DNA of 64,000 nucleotides from Eledone cirrhosa (GCA_964016885.1 OZ024741.1:214520001-214584000); one strand, 5' to 3'; positions 1 to 13,357 are shown, counted from the first letter of the stretch. Notes: generated by a model not told the origin, from the letters alone. Numbers and translations: made by a program.

Positions 1-265
1 ATCCAGTGCTTTTATCGAGAATGACACAGCTAGAGACTTATAGAATACTTAGCTGTGTACAGGAACTGGTTTGAAAGAGCGGTTGCCGGTCCGGCAGAAA
101 TTAGAAATTGGAATAAATGCTCTGAAATAGCGATATATATGTGAATATAGACATAGAATATTCGAAAATATTCTGTATGTTTATAATAAACATTTTGAAG
201 ACCTAATCGCTATAGAATAGAATACGTCACGTATTACAATTAGATTCTCGATAAAAGCAAGGGAA

Positions 266-308
266 GTAATCTACGCGTTTCATTCTCGTTAGAAATCATC
301 AGGACTAC
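266..308 (-). ncRNA. Minimal type-I hammerhead ribozyme (310-bp unit)
   Basis: Reverse complement: GTAGTC-CTGATGA-T TTCT AACG AGAA T-GAAA-CGCG-TA-GATTAC. Stem I GTAGTC/GATTAC, palindromic stem III ACGCGT, GUA site. Confidence 0.85.
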
Positions 309-881
309 ATATCCAGTGCTTTTATCGAGAATGACACAGCTAGAGACTTATAGAATACTTAGCTGTGTACAGGAACTGGTTTGAAAGAGCGGTTGCCGGT
401 CCGGCAGAAATTAGAAATTGGAATAAATGCTCTGAAATAGCGATATATATGTGAATATAGACATAGAATATTCGAAAATATTCTGTATGTTTATAATAAA
501 CATTTTGAAGACCTAATCGCTATAGAATAGAATACGTCACGTATTACAATTAGATTCTCGATAAAAGCAAGGGAAGTAATCTACGCGAGAATGAAACGCG
601 TAGATTACTTCCCTTGCTTTTATCGAGAATCTAATTGTAATACGTGACGTATTCTATTCTATAGCGATTAGGTCTTCAAAATGTTTATTATAAACATACA
701 GAATATTTTCGAATATTCTATGTCTATATTCACATATATATCGCTATTTCAGAGCATTTATTCCAATTTCTAATTTCTGCCGGACCGGCAACCGCTCTTT
801 CAAACCAGTTCCTGTACACAGCTAAGTATTCTATAAGTCTCTAGCTGTGTCATTCTCGATAAAAGTAAAAGCACTGGATAT

Positions 882-924
882 GTAGTCCTGATGATTTCTA
901 ACGAGAATGAAACGCGTAGATTAC
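882..924 (+). ncRNA. Minimal type-I hammerhead ribozyme (310-bp unit)
   Basis: GTAGTC CTGATGA TTTCTAACGAGAAT GAAA CGCG TA GATTAC. Confidence 0.85.
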
Positions 925-1191
925 TTCCCTTGCTTTTATCGAGAATCTAATTGTAATACGTGACGTATTCTATTCTATAGCGATTAGGTCTTCAAAATGT
1001 TTATTATAAACATACAGAATATTTTCGAATATTCTATGTCTATATTCACATATATATCGCTATTTCAGAGCATTTATTCCAATTTCTAATTTCTGCCGGA
1101 CCGGCAACCGCTCTTTCAAACCAGTTCCTGTACACAGCTAAGTATTCTATAAGTCTCTAGCTGTGTCATTCTCGATAAAAGCACTGGATAT

Positions 1192-1234
1192 GTAGTCCTG
1201 ATGATTTCTAACGAGAATGAAACGCGTAGATTAC
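1192..1234 (+). ncRNA. Minimal type-I hammerhead ribozyme (310-bp unit)
   Basis: Identical to 882-924, 310 bp downstream. Confidence 0.85.
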
Positions 1235-1354
1235 TTCCCTTGCTTTTATCGAGAATCTAATTGTAATACGTGACGTATTCTATTCTATAGCGATTAGGTC
1301 TTCAAAATGTTTATTATAAACATACAGAATATTTTCGAATATTCTATGTCTATA

Positions 1355-1403
<49 letters not shown>

Positions 1404-1463
1404 TTATTGAGTAAAATGACAGGAGGCTGGACTGGTGAAATTCCTTCAAAGATTTATTATAGC

Positions 1464-1525
1464 AAACACTATCTACATTTCAGTGACCAAGTTCAGTAGG
1501 ATCCTGGTGACATCATCAGGTGTTT
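1464..1525 (-). ncRNA. Type-I hammerhead ribozyme in a (TA)n-flanked non-coding element (~1395-1845)
   Basis: Reverse complement: AAACAC CTGATGA tgtcaccagg...cttggtcact GAAA TGTAGA TA GTGTTT; 6-bp stem I. Confidence 0.75.
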
Positions 1526-2363
1526 ATTGCATAAAAGTTATATAATAAAGGAATAATGGTAAACACAATCCAAGAGGCTAAAAAGCAGAGAGAAATCTTT
1601 AAGACTCGAAGGCGGTCAGGGCCAGTTGTTGTCAGTTTGGTTTACCACCTTCAAGTGAGGAATCTACTTAATTTCGTCTTGCTGGTTTGGTCAGGGGATG
1701 TATGCTTATTGTACATAGTACCCTGCCGGTAGGGTTAGGGGGCCTGTAGATGTAGTACGTCTACTACTACCACGCATCCGCTCACTGCTATATGGACACA
1801 TGCTAGTGGTAAACGAGATCAAGTTACACAGAAAAAAAAAGTATATATATTGTTATATATGTATATATATATGGGTAGCTGGTTGAATTCTTCGTTTGGC
1901 GCGAATTCCTTTGTTTGAACTTACCCACGAAACGATGTGTTTTAGTGTACGATGGGATTCTTCCTCTTTTTCATTAGAGGCAGATTGTGAGAATGACAAG
2001 AACTACTGGATACTTTGTCCAATGGTAATGGCTAAAACACACTGTAAAGACCTAGCATATGACTTGGGCCACCTGCTGATGACGTGTAACAGCCCGGTTA
2101 CCTAATTATCTGTTGATATTACGTGACTTTCTGAACATTGCCGATGTAATATCTACATTTGTGAAGTTATATTGCACAGAAACGATACCGGCCAGGAGTT
2201 GAGATTTTTACCTTTCTCTCTACCAAAACACAGCCACCGTCTCTGCTATTAACTAAATGTGTGCACTCTGAACAGCTGATTGCTGCAATTCGGCAGATTC
2301 ATAAAGCTAGACGTTGGCCGGAGAGCTTTGACTTAATACCAGCGATCTTCGTTACTTTTATAT

Positions 2364-2447
<84 letters not shown>

Positions 2448-2520
2448 CGTTGTATATATATATATATATAACAATTTCCACGTGTTTCTACTTAAAACCG
2501 CAAGTAGTCCGAAACAAACA

Positions 2521-2582
<62 letters not shown>

Positions 2583-2587
<5 letters not shown>

Positions 2588-3742
2588 TAAAATAACAGAT
2601 TAAAGTTTAAGCAAAGAATCGCTGTTTTCACACTTAACGGGATCTTTTGAAACTAACAAAGTCAATCTGTAAACGCAGAACTGGATATTTCAAAAAACGT
2701 TGCAACCGGAGGGAGACAAGAAGACGATGCTTTGGTTCGTGGAAACGTTCGCTGGCAAAGAACGGGGAAGAACGAATAATACGTCATTAATAGGAGCGAC
2801 GAATACCTTCTCGTACGTATATTTGATTGTTATGGCGTACAATTTTGTATATTCTGGTACATATGGTTTGGCTATGTATATACGGGAGTTTTTCGTCTGT
2901 GTGAGTATGCAGGTTCGTACGTATGGTGGGTGTGAGTATATGCGTACTTCATGTTTTAGTTGACTTTCGTCTCCGAACATTCGTGTATTTATATGTAGGT
3001 ATGTGTGTGCGCTTGTTATATACGTATTTATTTATTTATATACGTTTATATAATTATTTATTTATTTGTATACACGCATACACAAACACACACATATTTA
3101 TATGTGCGTGGTTTTGTATACATATGGTAAGTTTTTGCGTATGCTTGTGTATGTACGTATTTGTTTGCGTGTATGTATTTATTTATTTCTATTACTTCTG
3201 TATTGTATTTATTTACTTTGTTCTTAACTCTGTAGCGGAGATTCATTTGGTCTCCTAGTTAGAATTTTAGTCTACGACTTCTGCTATACCATTTACGTGG
3301 TTGTGTCTTTGCGTGCTATTGTTCTCCACGCTCCACATATGACATATTATGTTCGTTTTTTCGTTCACTGCCAGAGAACGTCTCTATGCACCACCTATGA
3401 GAACATTAGTCTATGACCTCTTTTATACCATACACGTGGTTCTGTCTTTGCGCGTATTATTCGTTCTTTCCCGTTCTTTGCCAGCGAGCGTTTCCACGAA
3501 CCAAAGTATCGTCTTCCTGTCTTCCTCCGGTTGCAACGTTTTTTGAAATATCCAGTTCTGCGTTTACAGATTGACTTTGTTAGTTTCAGAAGATCCCGTT
3601 AAGGGTGAAAGCAGCGATTCTTTGCTTAAACTTTAATCTGTTATTTTAATAAATATTTGCTCTACGGTTCTTATATATTTGATATATATTTATCCTTATC
3701 GAGCCCTCTTTGGATTTTAGTCTTCAAATTTATTATTATTAC
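2583..3742. mobile_element. (TA)n-flanked inverted-repeat element carrying a CAGAAGA-variant HHR
   Basis: ~2583-2780 is the diverged reverse complement of ~3455-3655. Relatives at ~6945-7145, 13625-13790, 15070-15390, 17935-18110, 63020-63250. Confidence 0.8.
3582..3632 (+). ncRNA. Hammerhead-like motif with variant core CAGAAGA
   Basis: AGTTT CAGAAGA T CCC GTTAA GGG T GAAA GCA gcgattctt TGC TT AAACT. All three stems form; U4 is replaced by A. Confidence 0.6.
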
Positions 3743-3837
3743 TATATATATATATAGAGAGAGAGAGAAATCTGTTGTGTCTGGGTTTGAATCTAATGCT
3801 CTTGACCAGATATAAAATTGAATATAAAATTGAAAAA

Positions 3838-4080
3838 GTGAAGAATAACATGGTCAACAGTACAAAAGAAGGGATTTATTTACAGTCTGACAATTGTTTC
3901 ACTGATTAAGTTGTCTAAAAATTGCTGAACACGATGATCTGGTTAAGCTAACATCGTATTTGAAATTGAGTGGCACTGCCTCTAGTGTTCAGCAATTTTT
4001 AGACAACTTAGTCAGTGAAACAATTGTCAGACTGTAAATAAATCCCCTTTTTTGTACTGTTGATCATGTTATTCTTCACC
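3838..4080. repeat. Fold-back element with a 3'-half HHR (GAAA-CAATTG-TC) on each arm
   Basis: ~3838-3932 is inverted relative to ~3985-4080. GAAACAATTGTC at ~4017-4028 and its reverse complement at ~3889-3900. Confidence 0.7.
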
Positions 4081-4731
4081 TTAAACTTAGATAGGAATAC
4101 AAGTGAAATCATAAACTCGCCACCTACGTAAACCTCTTGTTGAGTCAAACAACGCCGTACGCTAAAACTATCCATAATAAGAAGTATTCCCAACCTCTAA
4201 CTGGATTACCTATAACGATATTTTGTTATCCTTTATATATATATATATATATATATATAAAGTTTTAATTTCTATACCTGGAGCAAATCCACTGATTTCG
4301 ACAATGATTAACTTTCCCATCGCTTCAATAGTTGATTGTTAACATTTGAACAGCTTCTTTGTGAAGGAAGGGGTCTACAATAAATAAATACAGAAATAAA
4401 TCTAATAAAAAAAATAAAAAAACAGAAGTGAAGAAAACAGAAATGAAGTCGCACAATTCTTTTGGTTTTCCGGTTGGATGATTAAAATGGCTGACCAAGA
4501 CGTTTTGGGAGGTCGAAATGAACCTGCGGCCATTTTGTTTTGAAAACACAGAATGTCTAACTTCAGGAAATTGATTGATCTCTTCGCGTTTTCGCTTTTT
4601 ACACTTTTTTTTTCCTTAATTTCCCCCTGTTCTGTAAAACAAACAATTACTGGTTGTTGTGATAATAATTTTCAGATTTTTTTTTCAAACACCAGTAATG
4701 GCGGATACAATGTTTTATTATAAGTAAACGA

Positions 4732-4925
4732 AGGGCGGTGGATTCGCAGTATCGGTAGAGGGTCGGACGCCATGCTTTGCAGCATAGAGTTACGTCCCTT
4801 GATGGTCTGAGTTCAAATCCCGCCGAGATTAACTTTGCCTTTCATCCTTACCGGGTCGATAAAATAAAGTACCAGTAATACACTGCGATAATTGCTGGCC
4901 TTGTGACAAAAGTAGAAACAATTAT
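4732..4925 (+). mobile_element. tRNA-derived SINE (major family in this window)
   Basis: GGCGGTGGATTCGCAGTATCGGTAGAG head, B-box-like GAGTTCAAATCCC, conserved GCCTTTCATCCTTAC..GGTCGATAAAATAAAGTACCAG body. Confidence 0.85.
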
Positions 4926-5679
4926 AAGTAAACGGACCTCCACCGGTGTTTAGACGGTTGGTATTCAGTGATTCGATTAACTGAAATCCTTGTCCTTTGA
5001 ATTATTTTGCAAGTAGTCCCTGCCACGCAAATCTGATAATATATCCAGGCTAGATATGAAATATAGACCGTCTAAACCTGATTATGCGCCCAGGCCTGAT
5101 ATGAAATGTAGGCCAACATATGAAAATGCTTATTAAATATTTTAGTAATCAGTGCTAATTGTTTATGACATATACATGAGGTACTTAGAGTAAAGAGAAG
5201 TAATGACAAAAATAATAAAATCACAAATACAACCGGCCAATATGTGATTCCTCTGAAGGGAGTTTGGCGTAAAGTTACTCGATATGTTACGTAGCTCGGA
5301 GATCAGGGAGTAGTTCCAAGTAAAGGTGCTGCTGCTCTGTATCAAGAGTCCACAGCTCTCGCTAGAATGTCAAAGGAAAGAATAGTTGGGCAGATTTTAA
5401 GTGCAAAGCCAAACGGCAGGAGATCCAGTGGTAAGCCAACAGCAAGATGGTTGGATAATATCCATGTTCACGGTTGGTCTCACTTGCATGCATGCCTGGT
5501 TCCGTAACTCTTACGAGAGTCGTGGGGGTGTTGTAATAACATACGGCATTTCTAAGCATTTTTAATCCTGGCGGACCCCAAACCTCTCGCCAGGTCTGAA
5601 AATAGCAGATTTCTCGCAGAGAAATATAGAGAGAGTGAGAGAATGGAATTGAAAAAGAGATAAAGGAGGAATAATCGAC

Positions 5680-6030
5680 CCCAGTACTAGACTGGTACTT
5701 TTTTATCGACCTCGAATGGATGAAATGTAAAGTTGACCTCGGCGGGATTCTAACTCAGAGAGAAGAAGCCCTAAATGAATACTGCAAACCATTCTGTCAG
5801 ACTTTCTAACGACTTCCAATTCACCGCCATATATAGAAGAATTGTAACAAAAAGCCAGCAATTTAAAGCGAGTATTTGAGTGGTAAGCAGGTGGCGAACT
5901 GGCAGAGTCACTAGAACGTCGGATAGAATTCTTTATGTTAATTGTTCCAACTCTCTGCTCTCTGAGTTCAAATCCCACCGATGTCAACTTTGCATTTCAT
6001 TCTTCCGAGGTCGATAAAAAAGTACCAGTC
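5680..6030. mobile_element. Two older SINE copies in opposite orientation
   Basis: Diverged SINE core on - (5680-5830) and + (5890-6030). Confidence 0.65.
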
Positions 6031-6289
6031 TTCCTCTGTATCTCTTTCTGAATTTCCTCTCCCTCACTTTCTATCTTTCTCTGGAAGAACTCTCCTGTAT
6101 ACAGCCAGGCTTGAAATGCCCAAGAAACGCCGTATGTCAATAGGGCGGCCCTACGATTCTATCAGGAGCTACAGTACCATACCTACATGACAGGTACCAT
6201 ATTTTATCAATATAGTAATGAGGCAACACATATTTAAACTCAGCAAGAATTGAACACAGGACGTAAAGACATAGAATAAATGATAATAA

Positions 6290-6460
6290 TTGTTTCTACT
6301 TTTGGCACAAAGCCAGCAACCACCCAGTGCATTACTGGTACATTATTTTATCGACCACGTAAGGATGAAAGGCAAAGTTAACCTCGGCGGGATTTGAACT
6401 CAGAATGGCAAAGGCCGTAACTCAAAGCATTGCGCCCGACCCTCTACCGATACTGCCAAT
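6290..6460 (-). mobile_element. tRNA-derived SINE
   Basis: Reverse complement of the 4732 family. Confidence 0.8.
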
Positions 6461-6743
6461 AACAGTCAGTTATTTTTAACTCTATATATTCAAATGTTTT
6501 TTCCATAATATCCTCTTCACACAGAAAGAGGATATTATCTCATCACCTAACCCACTTAATCACGCAATAAATTATTCATACACATATGGATACACACGTA
6601 CACACACACACATAGCTATATATACATATAACATGTATCTCTCTCTGTATATATATATACGTTATTCCGGGTTGAATCGGAGGTAACCACAGTAAGTAAG
6701 GTACTCAATACATTGCAGAGTATAAAAGTTTTAATATAGATGA

Positions 6744-6842
6744 GATTCTACAGGACTAGAACTGTTTCATTCGTTAGAAATCATCAGGAATCAGATTCCT
6801 GATGATTTCTAAAGAATGAAACAGTTCTAGTCCTGTAGAATC
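6744..6842. ncRNA. Back-to-back pair of hammerhead ribozymes (- 6744-6792, + 6794-6842)
   Basis: GATTC CTGATGA TTTCTAA(A/C)GAAT GAAA CAG ttctagtc CTG TA GAATC on both strands, separated by 1 nt. Confidence 0.85.
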
Positions 6843-6851
6843 TCATCTATA

Positions 6852-6939
<88 letters not shown>

Positions 6940-7240
6940 GTAATACTAATAAATGTGAAGACTAAAGTCCAAAGAGGGCTTGATAAGGATAAATATATAT
7001 CAAATATATAAGAACCCGAGAGCAAATATTTATTAAAATAACAGATTAAAGTTTAAGCAAAGAATCGCTGCTTTCACCCTTAACGGGATCTTCCGAAGGG
7101 TGAAAGCAGCGATTCTTTGCTTAAACTTTAATCTGTTATTTTAAAAAATATATGGGACTACAAATAATGAACATACAGAGACACACCGAAATAGAGAGAC
7201 ATGTACATACTCTTTTACGCTTTTACTCACAAACACATGC

Positions 7241-7339
<99 letters not shown>

Positions 7340-7351
7340 TATATATATATA

Positions 7352-7535
7352 GGAACAAGTATGACCCCGACGGCAGAGCTCAAGCCGTTTCGACGGCTAA
7401 TTCAGTCCAGAATTAGCCGTCGAAACGGCTCTGCCATCGGGGTCATACTTGTTCCTATTACCCACTCTACTACCCTAAGTTTTGAGTACTTTGGTGCGTT
7501 ATGGTCCATTTGGTTCCTTACCACATTTCCTTCGT
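7352..7535. repeat. Fold-back element centred on HHR stem II (family also at ~19243-19430, 61390-61595, partial 11540-11610)
   Basis: Hairpin ...TTTCGACGGCTAATTC..GAATTAGCCGTCGAAACGGC... The 61540 copy reads GAAA CGGC ttgagcttt GCCG TC; CUGANGA is absent. Confidence 0.7.
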
Positions 7536-7566
<31 letters not shown>

Positions 7567-7989
7567 ATACATACACACACATGTACACACATATACAATT
7601 ATATATACATATGTATATGTATATGATATGTGCGTATGTGTCTATATATATATATACACACACACATGTATATATATATATGCAACCCCGTTCTTCCCCC
7701 AACCCTTGCTTTCACATTCACACACACACACACACACACGTACACCTACACACACACACCACCTTCAGCCCTCCCCGCTCGGACACCCCATCTCCCTCTC
7801 CCCACTCCACCCGCCACCACCCCTACACGCCCCACATCCTTCCACCACCTGTTTTACCCCATTTTAATTTTATTTTGATCATGTTTTTATTTTTATTTTC
7901 ATTAGAACCGTTTCCTCCCACCCCCTTTTTGCTATACGTCTCCTCCACCACTCCCCTACACACCCTTTGAACTCTCTTCCCACACACTT

Positions 7990-8065
7990 TTCACCTGAAG
8001 AAGGGCTTATGCCCGAAACGTCGTTCCCCACCACCACCCCAATCTCAAGAGCGTGAAATTAATAA
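7990..8065 (+). ncRNA. Probable degenerate Penelope pLTR-type hammerhead
   Basis: CTGAAGA AGGGC TTAT GCCC GAAA CG TC followed by AATAAA; stem I poor. Confidence 0.5.
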
Positions 8066-8111
8066 ACATTCGTTGTACTGCCTCTCTGTTTCGTTCCTGT
8101 TCAAATTTTCC

Positions 8112-8183
<72 letters not shown>

Positions 8184-8508
8184 AACACATAGAAATACAC
8201 ATATATAATTCTGTATGTAGTCATTAGGGAATTTCATTGCTGTGAATGCTGTTGCTTTTGACGGTTAAGATTTTTCGCTTGTGCTATTATTATATTTATT
8301 ATTAGTGCTTTCTAGAGTTAGCTTTAACAGGACACTGGTTCCAGTCACATATATACAGTCATCATATGTAAATGTTGTTATTAAGACATTTGGAAACTGT
8401 CAATTCTACAACTATAAAGCTAAATGATTCTTCCCAAAGGACACTTCAATTTGAACTACATATATATTAAATTTCAATTAGACATCCGTAGCAAATATAT
8501 AATATATA

Positions 8509-8623
<115 letters not shown>

Positions 8624-8643
8624 ATTATGTGTTTATATATTTA

Positions 8644-8685
<42 letters not shown>

Positions 8686-8841
8686 CATATACATATATAC
8701 GTACAAGTGTTTGTGGATAAAAGAGTAAAAGAGTATGTACATGTCTCTCTTTTTCGGTGTGTCTCTGTATGTTCATTATTTGTAGTCCCATAACTGTGTC
8801 TATATACGTACCCCACCCTTCGCTTCTCTCTTATTCTCCCT

Positions 8842-8877
<36 letters not shown>

Positions 8878-9344
8878 CATCACACATACATAGGCAAATA
8901 GTCACTCTGACACTCCACAATATCAAGGCGTTCTAACGCCATACATTGACCCAAAAGTATTGTAATTCCTGAATAATTGGCAAAACATGTGCAAGGTTTC
9001 CTTATATTTATATACATATATACATATATAGATGTATATAGACACACACGCACGTACACACACACACACACACATATATATGCAGGATATCCGCAGATAA
9101 AAAGGCAAGGAAACAATACTCCCTCTATTGTATGAGAGCTTATTTAGTATAACTAAAATTTCATACATATGTTAAGTGAATTCAATTTTAATTATACTCT
9201 ATTACACTATTACGTGCTCAAGTCGACAGGCTTAGGCCATGCTGGGGCACCAATATAAATACATACACACACAAACATACACACACATACACATATATAT
9301 ATATATATATTCCTAACGATCGACTTTCGTCAAATCGGACCGAG

Positions 9345-9530
9345 GAAACAGTGTTTCCATTGGTCTTTCCAATTGCTAATACTATCTATCGGTCGCAACT
9401 CCAGGTAGTAAGAGCAACGTTAAATAAAGTGTCTTGCTCAAGGACATAACGCATCGCCTGGTCCAGGAATCGAACTCACAACCTCACGATTGCGAATCCA
9501 GTTCTCTAACCACTCAGCCACACGCCTTCA
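9345..9530 (-). mobile_element. tRNA-derived CORE-like SINE
   Basis: Reverse complement: GGCGTGTGGCTGAGTGGTTAG...GAGTTCGATTCC...GTCCTTGAGCAAGACACTT. Related pieces at 10300-10380 and 53595-53840. Confidence 0.75.
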
Positions 9531-9552
9531 TATATATATATTTAATATAGAA

Positions 9553-9605
9553 AAGCTTCCTGATGATTTCTCCCGAATGAAACAGTTCTAGTCCTGTAGA
9601 AGCTT
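9553..9605 (+). ncRNA. Type-I hammerhead ribozyme (6794 family; degenerate relative at ~14770-14820)
   Basis: AAGCTTC CTGATGA tttctcccgaat GAAA CAG..CTG TA GAAGCTT. Stem I differs from the 6794 copy but still pairs (covariation). Confidence 0.8.
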
Positions 9606-9851
9606 TTCTGTAGAAGCTTTTCCATATTAAATATTTATACTCTACTTTGTATTGAGTACCTTATTGTGGGTACCCCCGATTGAACCCGGGATAAACCCGG
9701 GATAAACGCGTGTATAGCTAATTTCTTGTGGAACTAACACTATACCGAACTCGGCCCCAGGTTTGAGTTCCCTACTTAATTCAGATATAATCTCCTGGCT
9801 AGTTACGACAATATATATATATATATAAATATATATATATATATGTATGTA

Positions 9852-9936
<85 letters not shown>

Positions 9937-10435
9937 TTATATATATAGTTTTGCGAGGTTTTTGATATGAAATCGTGTGTCTAAACAAATATTGTTATAC
10001 TTGGGGAGGGTCATATTTGTGTAATATAAACAGACTAAATAAAGATGGCATAGAAAATACAATGCAACGGGAGAAAACAATACCGCCACTGACGATGTTG
10101 CAGATGTGCAACGAAAGAGCTTTGATAAACTATATATATGTGTTTGTGTCTATATTGTATATGTATTATTTTTGACCGTTGGTCAGTCAATGGCAACATT
10201 GAGGACCGAATTATATATATATATATATTAAAGAATTAAACAAGATTCAATGAGTACATCAAAGAATGAGTTTTACAGTAGATTGGAAGCACTCTACAGT
10301 AACAGTGTTTCCATTGGTCTTTCCAATTGCTAATACCATCTATCGGTCGCAACTCCAGGTAGAAGGAGCAACGTGAAAAAGTACTTTGATTAAATCTTAA
10401 CCATTTAACATCTCAGGGTATGTCATGTATCATTA

Positions 10436-10489
10436 TATTTTGTCTGATGAGGACGTACTGTTGTACCTTTGAAATATGTATAATAAAAT
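10436..10489 (+). ncRNA. Type-I hammerhead ribozyme
   Basis: ATTTTGT CTGATGA ggacgtac tgtt gtaccttt GAAA TATGTA TA ATAAAAT. Confidence 0.65.
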
Positions 10490-10529
10490 TTAATTGATCA
10501 AAAGAACATCTATTTTATTAATATTTGTA

Positions 10530-10574
<45 letters not shown>

Positions 10575-10676
10575 GTTGATCTTATATCATTTATACTCCA
10601 GTCCTACAAACTGTAGAGTGCTACTTATCCGATATTTGCATTGCTTTATTGTGCTACAATAAAACTCACCTCCTAA

Positions 10677-10708
<32 letters not shown>

Positions 10709-10797
10709 CCAGGGAGTGTAACTTGGAGTTACTCGATGTTGTTTAGGTTCACTTCAGTATCGAGGTGTAGAGCTAGACAGACTGCATTACCATTACA

Positions 10798-10890
10798 AGG
10801 TGCCTGACGAAACGCGGATTACAGAGTCGGGTCAAATCGATACAGATCGAACCTTGAGCTGATCAGTGGCGAAACGCGCGTCACCAACCA
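10798..10890 (+). ncRNA. Hammerhead-like motif with long stem II
   Basis: CTGACGA ... GAAA CGCGCG TC (palindrome ACGCGCGT), then AATAAA; stem I weak. Degenerate relative at ~62100-62200. Confidence 0.55.
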
Positions 10891-10939
10891 ATAAACGTAA
10901 TGAAGGAGTAACCAATCGCCCTTGTTATTTTATTTCACT

Positions 10940-10993
<54 letters not shown>

Positions 10994-11345
10994 CCGTCAA
11001 TGCATTTCAGGCTGAACTGGCCTTCGTCAGGATGGTCCCTTCCACCGCTTGCGACTGCTGGACTAGAAGACAGCCGAGAATATATACATTTCTCGTCTGT
11101 GTAAACGAGGGAGGGACCGTCTGTGTAAAATGGGAGGGCCCATCCTGACGAAGGCCAGTTAAGCCTGAAATACATAGACGGTTGTCCCCATTGCTTCTGC
11201 TGGACATCACCAGAGGGCGTTAGCCCCCCCCCCCCCCCCGGTGTTTACATAGCTACGGCTTCCTAAAACCGTATTTCCTTGGAGATACGAAATATTTATA
11301 CATATTGTATAAAGCTATGCTGGAAGCGAAATCCTATTTCCTTCA
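10994..11345. mobile_element. Divergent HHR pair of the 320-bp family (- 10994-11035, + 11139-11181)
   Basis: CCATC CTGACGA AGGC..GCCT GAAA TGCA/TACA T(T/A) GACGG. Flanked by (CA)n and (TA)n; same family as 19490-20345. Confidence 0.8.
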
Positions 11346-11367
11346 TATATATATATTTATATATATA

Positions 11368-11438
<71 letters not shown>

Positions 11439-12134
11439 ATTATTATAAGAAACAATTATTATATAAAAGGCCGGTGAATTGGCAGTATCGGTAGAGGGTT
11501 GGACGCCATGCTTTCTAGCATAGTTACGTCCCTTTACTCAGCCGTTGGGGTCTTGAATCTTTTCCTATTACCCACTCAACTACCTCAAGTATCGAGTACT
11601 CTGGTGGCTTATGCTCCATCTGGTGATAGAAATGTGTATAGAGTTAGTAATAAGCCTTTAAGGAATTTCACCAGTCCAGTCTGCTGCCATTTTGCTCGAT
11701 AATAATAATTGAATCCGTTCTTGCACCACCAATAAGATTCAACATAAACGAAGATGGATGAGTTGCATAACGTCGAGTGCTTTCCTAATATTGCATTACG
11801 GTTGACTATACGGAATGACCAGCTGTATCCAGTGGTGAACCAACAAATCTAAATGAAGATGTATATATATATATATATATACACACACATGCATAAATAT
11901 ATGCGTGTGTGTATGTGTGTGTGTCTGTGGTTGTGTTTGTATATAAACGTGCTTATATATATCCGTATTTGTTTGCGCTTCGGTATGAGGACCAGAGAGA
12001 GAGAGAGAGACAGAGGTGGGGTGTATATATAGCGGGGAGGGTGACATGCCTCAACGCTAAATACATTGGAAAATAAACTGATTAAATGGTCACGTGGGAA
12101 AATTTAGAAGTTGTTTCCTTCTAGAGGGAAAAGC

Positions 12135-12227
<93 letters not shown>

Positions 12228-12400
12228 GATATATACATATATATATGTATATACATGTGTGTATGTGTTAATGTATTTATTAATGTGTAAATGTACATAT
12301 GTACAATACTCACACACACATATACACTAAAACACGTGCATATACAAACTGTTTTCCGCTTTGTCGCAATGCATATGATACGTATATACATACATATATG

Positions 12401-12461
<61 letters not shown>

Positions 12462-12550
12462 ATGTGTGTGTATACATATATACATATATATATATATGTA
12501 TATATACATATATGTATATATATATACACATATATATATATTTATGTATA

Positions 12551-12590
<40 letters not shown>

Positions 12591-12607
12591 TATATAAGTA
12601 TATATAT

Positions 12608-12705
<98 letters not shown>

Positions 12706-12928
12706 GGCGACAAGCGGAAAGCTGTATGTATATGCACGTGTTTTAGTATAGTTGAGCGTGAGAGAGAGAAAGACCAGTTACCATTTAACGTCGCCAGAAT
12801 CTTTACTTCTTTGACTGACGTCACCAGATATATTATTTTACATCCCCACTTAATTATATACGTATTTGGCTTGCCGTACAAACCTTTGGATTTTAAATAC
12901 ATAAATATGCTTATATATTCGTTTATGC

Positions 12929-12959
<31 letters not shown>

Positions 12960-12997
12960 ATATATTAACAAATGGAAACTATATTTATAAACCATAT

Positions 12998-13062
12998 TTA
13001 TTTCATTATACATATTTCAAGGACACCAAAGCAAATTATGGTGCGCTTTCATCAGATAAAAT
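12998..13062 (-). ncRNA. Type-I hammerhead ribozyme (same pLTR family as 22261)
   Basis: Reverse complement: ATTTTAT CTGATGA aagcgcacca..tggtgtcctt GAAA TATGTA TA ATGAAAT. Surrounding 12960-13200 matches 22170-22345 inverted. Confidence 0.7.
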
Positions 13063-13235
13063 ATAATATAGATCAGTTTTATAAACAAATATTGACATAC
13101 CCTTAAAAGAATGCGACCATGTCGGCTGGAAGCTCCCGGATAGGGAGTATTTTTACTCAAAAAATTTGTTGAGTGCTTTATATCAGTTATAAAAATATTT
13201 GCTTGTTGTATCCCAACAAATTAAATATAACTTCT

Positions 13236-13301
<66 letters not shown>

Positions 13302-13357
13302 CCCATTGAGATACAACCGGTACTGGCATTGATAAATATGCTGGGTCTGTCAACCCT

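Larger units (their letters stand above)
1..1358. repeat. 310-bp tandem array with internal inversion (retrozyme-like, one HHR per unit); runs off the window start
   Basis: ATCCAGTGCT recurs at 1 and 311. Orientation flips at ~586-588. Inverted units (HHRs at 882 and 1192) run into (TA)n at ~1358. Copies are near identical; one has a 6-bp duplication at ~861-870. Confidence 0.95.
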
